NCBI GenBank assembly: GCA_963719495.1
Contig: CAVRCI010000013.1
Location: 711,199-775,198, forward strand
Source: an uncultured Verrucomicrobiae bacterium
Lineage (GTDB): Bacteria; Verrucomicrobiota; Verrucomicrobiia; Chthoniobacterales; JAATET01
Reading direction: 5' to 3'
Length of the DNA: 64,000 nucleotides
The translations under genes and the position numbers were made by a program. Positions within the stretch are counted from its first letter, which is position 1, and each line of letters begins with the position of its first letter. Below are positions 54,291-64,000 of the stretch, one piece after another. The notes beneath the pieces were generated by a model. It was not told the DNA's origin. It saw only the letters and a list, made by a program, of their open reading frames with translations, and searched no databases.

Positions 54291-56539
54291 ATGACGCCGA
54301 AAACGACATTCCGCCAAGCGATTCGCGCTGTGCTGCTCGCCGCCGTCCTCGCGTGGGGTGGGGCGTCTCGGTGCCTCGCGGCGGACGATCCGGCGGCGGA
54401 TTTCCTTTCCGCCTACCAGACTTTCCGGAACGGGGAGCGGTTCGAAGCCGAAGGGAGCTTCGACTCGGCGTCCGAAAGCTACGAGGAGGCGATCGGTCTC
54501 CTCGAGACCCTCCAAAAATCCTCCCCCGACTACGAGCCCGTCGTCATCGAATTTCGACTCGGGAAATCGCGCGAGGGCTTCGCCCGCGCTCAAGACCTCG
54601 CCCAAGGGTCCGGAGGTGCCGAAGCCGTCATCGAAGCCGACGGCGACATCGGACCGGAAGGGCCGCTACCAATCCAAGGCCCGGAACCGGTCGATCCCCC
54701 CTCGTTTCGGCCGCCCCCGGCACCGACTCAGCCCAATCAGCCCGCCCCACCCCGTGCGCCGGCTCCCCCCCGTCAACCCGACTTCACCTCCTATCGGATC
54801 ACGATCCCCGGATCATCGCCGACGGCTCCCGTCCCGGCCCCGGCTCCGCGGTTACGTCCCCCCGCTGCTCGATTATCAGGAATCGGCTCCAGCGATCGGC
54901 CGGGGAGCCAACGAAGCCAACGAGCGCGAAATCCGTGCCCTCCGCCAGCGACTGCGCCAAGCCGAGGAGCAAGCCGAAGCCCTGGCGCAGAGACTGTTGC
55001 AAAGTCAGGCCCAGGAGCAAATGGCGCAGCGCGAGACCGATCGGACGAAAGTCGCGGTCGTCGAGTTGAAGGCGCAGCTCGCCATGGCGCGGCAATCCTT
55101 GGACGACTCCGAAGGCGCTAAACGACAGCCTGAACGCCGCCCGCGGACAGGACGCCAATCGCATTCAGAAGCTCGAAGCCGATTTGTTGGCCACCAAAGC
55201 CGACCTCGAGGTTGCCGAGGAATACAACGGAGAACTTTTCGCCAAGCTGGATCGCGCCGCCTCGTTCATCGAGACCTCCGAGTCGATTCGAGAGCAGCTT
55301 CTGGCCGACCGCACGACCCTGGCTGACCGGTTGGAGTCGGGCTCCGGCGAACAAATCAAGAAACTCACCGCCGAGAACGACGCGATCCGCGCCGAGCGGG
55401 ACACCGCCGTCGCCGAAGCCGCGCGGGTTGGCGGGCTCGAGCAGGACAATGCCGACCTCGCCACCAAGCTGGCCGCCGCCGAGCAGCGGGTCGAACGCCT
55501 CGCCGCCCTCGATCCCGAGAAAGAAAAGATCATCGCCGACCTCCGCGCCGAACTCGCCTCCGTCGACGGAACCCTCGCTTCCCTCCGCCAGGAAAGCGCC
55601 GACGGCCGGGAGCGCATCGCCGAGCTCGAGACCCAGCTCGAAGCCACCGCCACCGCCGCAGCCTCGGCGACCGGTGCCATCGCTCAAGAGAACGACCTCC
55701 TCAAATCCATCGTCAACCGTCAGATCCGCGATCAGGCCAAGCGCCAACAAGCGCGCCAGCTCGTGGAGGAGGAAATGGAGAAGTTGCAGGTCCGCTCCTC
55801 GACTTTGATCGAGCGGCTCGACGCGCTCGGGGAAGCCGAGACCCCGCTGACCGCCAAAGAGGAACGCCTCGTCCGAGGCCCCGCGGAGATCACGTCCGAT
55901 TCCGTCGCCACCGCCGGCGGACTCGATTTCTCGATGGCCATCTTCAAGCCAAGCCCGGGCGAAGCCCCATCGGAGAGCGATCTACCGACCGAGTTGACGG
56001 ATCGAGCCGCGGCGGCGGACGCCCGCCTCGCGAGCGGCGATTACGCCGGAGCCGCTTCCATCTACGATCAGCTCGCCGCGGAAGCTCCCGACAGCTACTC
56101 CGCCGCCGTCAATCTCGGCATCGCCGAACTTGGCGGTAAACGACCGCGGGAAGCCATTGCCGCTTTTGACAAGGCCATTGCCCAACGCCCCGGCGACTCC
56201 TTCGCCACGCTGCAACTCGGCGCGGCCCAACTTGCAGCTGGCGATTTCGACTCCGCCCGCGAGACGCTCGAGCAGGTGGTCGGGCAGCGACCCGACAGCT
56301 ACGAAGCGCATTACGGCCTCGGCCGGGTGCTGCAGGAGCAGGGAGAGGTGGATGGGGCAATGACCGAAATGAAAAAAGCGATCGACCTCGATCCCGGTCG
56401 CGCGCAAGCGCACCTCAGTCTTGCCAAGCTCTACGCGAGTCAGCAGCCTCCGGCCACCGAGCAAGTCCGGACTCACTACGCCAAAGCGATCGAATTGGGC
56501 ACCTCGCCCGACGCCACGATCGAACGGCTCATCCGGTAG
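54291..56539 (+). pseudogene. Secreted coiled-coil/TPR protein interrupted by two frameshifts
   Basis: Coherent protein across three frames: signal peptide plus Pro-rich region (to ~54850), coiled coil (~54850-55115), coiled coil plus TPR (to 56539); may be assembly indels. Confidence 0.7.
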
Positions 56540-57010
56540 CGGTAAGCGACCAAGGGTCGAGTCTGCCGCTCCGACATCGACCCACCGGACCCACCGCAGC
56601 CGGCAGGGCTCGCGGAGAGTTGCCTCGCCCGCGGTGGCGAGTCCGGTGTGCGCCGTGTGCCGCTACCATGACGTCATCGTGGAACGCAGCTTTTCCGCAA
56701 GGCCACCACAGCCACGACGTTGCTGAGGTTCGCCAACGTCCCAGAACTTAAAGGGAGTAGGGAGTGCGAGCATCAAAGAAGCCTGCGCATCGCGCGGCTT
56801 GGACAACCTCGCCGCTTGGAGACCCGCCTCGCAATCGGAGCCCTCCGGTCTCGATCTCGAAGCGTTCCCGCCAACCCTTCCAGAATCCCGCCTTCCGAAC
56901 CTAGACCACGGATTTCTACCGGAAAATCGACGAGGCGCCCCGCGAGATCGAGCGAAATCCTAGAGACTCGCATCCGCAGACCCTGATAAACAGAGCTTCT
57001 CCGGGCCTCT

Positions 57011-57069
57011 AAAGAAAAATTAAAAAAAACGCACAAAACCGTTGACCCTCCGCGGATGTTTGATACTTT
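57011..57069 (+). promoter_or_regulatory. rrn promoter (UP element, -35, extended -10)
   Basis: A-tract 57011-57038, TTGACC 57042-57047, 16-bp spacer, TGn-TACTTT ending 57069. Confidence 0.75.
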
Positions 57070-57445
57070 TCTCCTCCCACACGGCACCGGACTCGGTGAG
57101 TGTGAGGCAAAGATCTCCGGCGGATGCACCGCCTCGCAGTTTGAAACTTAGCGGGACAATCGTCCCAACAAGACACGCCGCGAGTGCTCAAGACTCCGAT
57201 CAGGAAGCAGGTATTTTAAAGTCTGAATCTGATTTTCGACACACCGACCAATTGGTCGCGAAAATTCAGAACGTAAATACATTTAAGAAAAGCAAATTCA
57301 GTAAGAACTGAATTGTGCGTTCTTCTGTCGATTTAGATTTAATCAATAATTGGCGACCCATTCCACGTCAGCGATCTCATCGCTGACGGGAAATATATGG
57401 ATAGCTAGAAATTTTCCATCGTCTTAGCGGACGGTGGGCAAATTC

Positions 57446-58979
<1,534 letters not shown>

Positions 58980-59213
58980 AGCAAATGCCCTCTCGCAAGT
59001 TCGTATCGCGATGACATTTTGCAGGTCGACCGCTAACCGCCCATCGTAATGGTGGGAACATGCGGTTAAATCCCGACAGGCGAAAGCCTCGAAGGTTCTT
59101 GATCAACACGAAGAACGCACAATTCAGTTTTTACTGTCACTTTTCTTAATACCACGGGCCACACGCTCGACTCGATGCAAATCGGCTCGGGGAACGCTCG
59201 GACTCAACCTTTC

Positions 59214-59286
59214 GGGGGTATAGCTCAGTTGGTAGAGCGCCAGCTTTGCAAGCTGGATGTCCGGGGTTCGAACCCCCGTGCCTCCA
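59214..59286 (+). tRNA. tRNA-Ala(TGC)
   Basis: GGGGGTATAGCTCAGTTGGTAGAGC...TTTGCAA...GGTTCGAACCC...TGCCTCCA; G3:U70 pair. Confidence 0.96.
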
Positions 59287-59362
59287 CCTTAGTTTTAAGT
59301 TTTAAGCTGGAAGTCTTAAGCTCATGCTTGAAACTTTACACTTATAAACTCGGAACTTTCCC

Positions 59363-59439
59363 GGGCCTGTAGCTCAGTTGGTTAGAGCATGCGCTTGATA
59401 AGCGCAGGGTCACTGGTTCGAGTCCAGTCAGGCCCACCA
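59363..59439 (+). tRNA. tRNA-Ile(GAT)
   Basis: GGGCCTGTAGCTCAGTTGGTTAGAGC...TTGATAA...GGTTCGAGTCC...AGGCCCACCA. Confidence 0.96.
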
Positions 59440-59650
59440 CACTCGTTTACGTTTTGGATTTTCCCGATAATTGGGATTGGTCGAAAGCCAGTTCCGACTA
59501 TCTGGTTCCGGGTTCGACCCGGGACAGGTTCTTTGACATCCGCATATAGGGCAAATAATGCAACTTCAAATGCTGAGTAAAGCGAGTTGCAACGATGGTT
59601 TTGCCGTCGTTGCTTCACAGAAGTAACAGAGATTTTTTAATCTCAGAATA

Positions 59651-62496
<2,846 letters not shown>

Positions 62497-62719
62497 TTCT
62501 GAGCTTTTTCTCAGGTAAATGAAGACTGCGGAATTTGCTCGATATGCGGATGTCAGAGAATCTGACTATTTATGATTTACGATTTATCATTGATGATTTG
62601 TCGTAGATCGGTAGTTCTTTTCATAATTTGACAAGGAAAGTGTCGCTAGAAATTGCGGTGCATGACGAGGGTTTGCGAAATTATAGATCGCAAATCATCA
62701 ATCATATTTGCACTGCCCT

Positions 62720-62835
62720 TCTGGTGATCCTTGCACAGTGGCCCCACCCGTTCCCATCCCGAACACGGAAGTGAAACGCTGTAGCTCCGATGGTAGTGCA
62801 TCTCTAGGTTGTGCGAGAGTAGGTCGTTGCCAGTA
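62720..62835 (+). rRNA. rrf: 5S rRNA
   Basis: CCACCCGTTCCCATCCCGAACACGGAAGTGAA...GAGAGTAGGTCGTTGCCAG. Confidence 0.96.
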
Positions 62836-62839
62836 ATAT

Positions 62840-62875
62840 GCCCGATTCGTGGGAGACCACGGATCGGGCTTTTTT
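62840..62875 (+). terminator. rrn intrinsic terminator
   Basis: GCCCGATTCGTGG-GAGA-CCACGGATCGGGC followed by T6. Confidence 0.9.
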
Positions 62876-64000
62876 GCGCCTGGATTGCACGCATCACGCG
62901 GGATGCCGGTAGCGGGTAGCGATCTGTCGGTGTCGCGTTGGGCGGAATCGAACCTGTGGAAGTCAGGCAGGAACTTTGCGCTTCTCTCGATTGACCGGAA
63001 GGGGCGAGCGGGAAGGTCTCGCAGGCCACGGAAGCCGCTGGTTGACGCTTACGATCGAGTTCGGGGGAGCTTCTTTGGGTGGAAACGGTGGTCGGGCGAG
63101 ATCAGAGCAGGAAAGCCGAGGGTGAATGAGAGCGCTGATTCTCGGGTTGGTTCGCAGGCTTGCCTGAGGATGAGTCCTGCGGCTTGGAGGATTTTGGCGG
63201 TGCGTATTCGGTTCACTCGTTGCTTCGAGTCGCGGAACCGAGATGCGCCGATGGTGCCGCAGCCGATCTGGCCGCGGGTTACACGCTGCCGCTTTCGCGC
63301 GAATGGGTCGATCCACGGTCACGATCATTTACCGCACGGCTCAGGAGACGGAGGAAATCAAGGGGGGCAAAAAGATCGAGTCTTTAGGGGCCACGCTGCT
63401 CATCCGGGCCTCCAACGGTCGAGAACCGATTCTGGATGCTCGCAGGATGATCACGGCTTCTCCAATCCCAACGTCTGCTCGAAAAATACGCACTCTTTCA
63501 TGCCGACTCTCTATCACAAACCACGTCCTCCAGTTCCCGAACCGTCTGCCCAATCCCACGGAATTTCGCGAACAACCATCATTCTTTGCTTCAAGCGCCC
63601 ATCAGTCTGCGCTCGTCGCGAAGACCCCGTCCTCTCCTCCGCCGCCAGCGCTCCCACACTTGCGCACAGGATTGAAGGATTGAATTTCAGCGACTTCGAA
63701 CAAAGTGCCCCGCTCACTCACAGGGTGAGCGATCCCTGCCTCATCAGTCATTCCTGATCATCCTGTAAATCCTGTCTCGTTTTTCTTTTCAGGATAAAAA
63801 TTGCGCCGCCTCCTGCCGCCCGACTCCCTCCCCGGGGCAGGTGATCCCGGCGGCGGGCGGGTGAACGGTCGCAGTGATCTTCACGGGGGTGCGGCCTTTC
63901 CGTTACTGCTCCGACTTCAGCCGTTTTCGCCGGGAAACTCCGTTTTCCGCCCCTGTGGAGTCCCGAAATCCGGTATTTTACGGGGATTCGCTTCCAGGGG

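Noticed and set aside
56540..57000. Possible ncRNA or small ORF upstream of the rrn promoter
   Set aside because: No recognisable RNA family motif or protein similarity
63243..63683. Possible IS630-like HTH remnant
   Set aside because: Only a vague resemblance; no DDE motif or terminal inverted repeats seen

Overview
This is a 64-kb GC-rich chromosomal segment from a Verrucomicrobiota bacterium; the 16S carries the verrucomicrobial EUB338-III site ACACCTACGGGTGGCAGC. It is mostly housekeeping and metabolic genes: Uup ABC-F, a MarR-RND efflux operon ending at tRNA-Thr, CbpA-like DnaJ, Sfp PPTase, IscA, xylB-ubiX-GH9 cellulase, GDH, folD, trxB, katG, topoisomerase IB, an LplT-Aas fusion, a DEAD-box helicase, a pilU/pilT pair and an HNH nuclease. 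One complete rrn operon (16S-Ala-Ile-23S-5S) sits near the end. I saw no transposase, integrase, cas or phage genes. The most unusual features are these. (1) The intergenic space is densely colonised by several distinct REP-like palindrome families. They include a 262-bp x ~3.7 tandem array bounded by inverted repeats, a nested REP doublet, singlets with a strong orientation bias, and one REP mosaic that appears to be translated in-frame inside the GH9 signal peptide. (2) Three secreted NHL-repeat paralogs share a basic C-terminal domain ending I-[IL]-RR. (3) One protein has an H-NS/Rok-like architecture. (4) An orphan VapB-like antitoxin is coupled to an inositol monophosphatase. (5) Two genes are frameshifted. 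All calls come from motif recognition by eye; no database searches were run.
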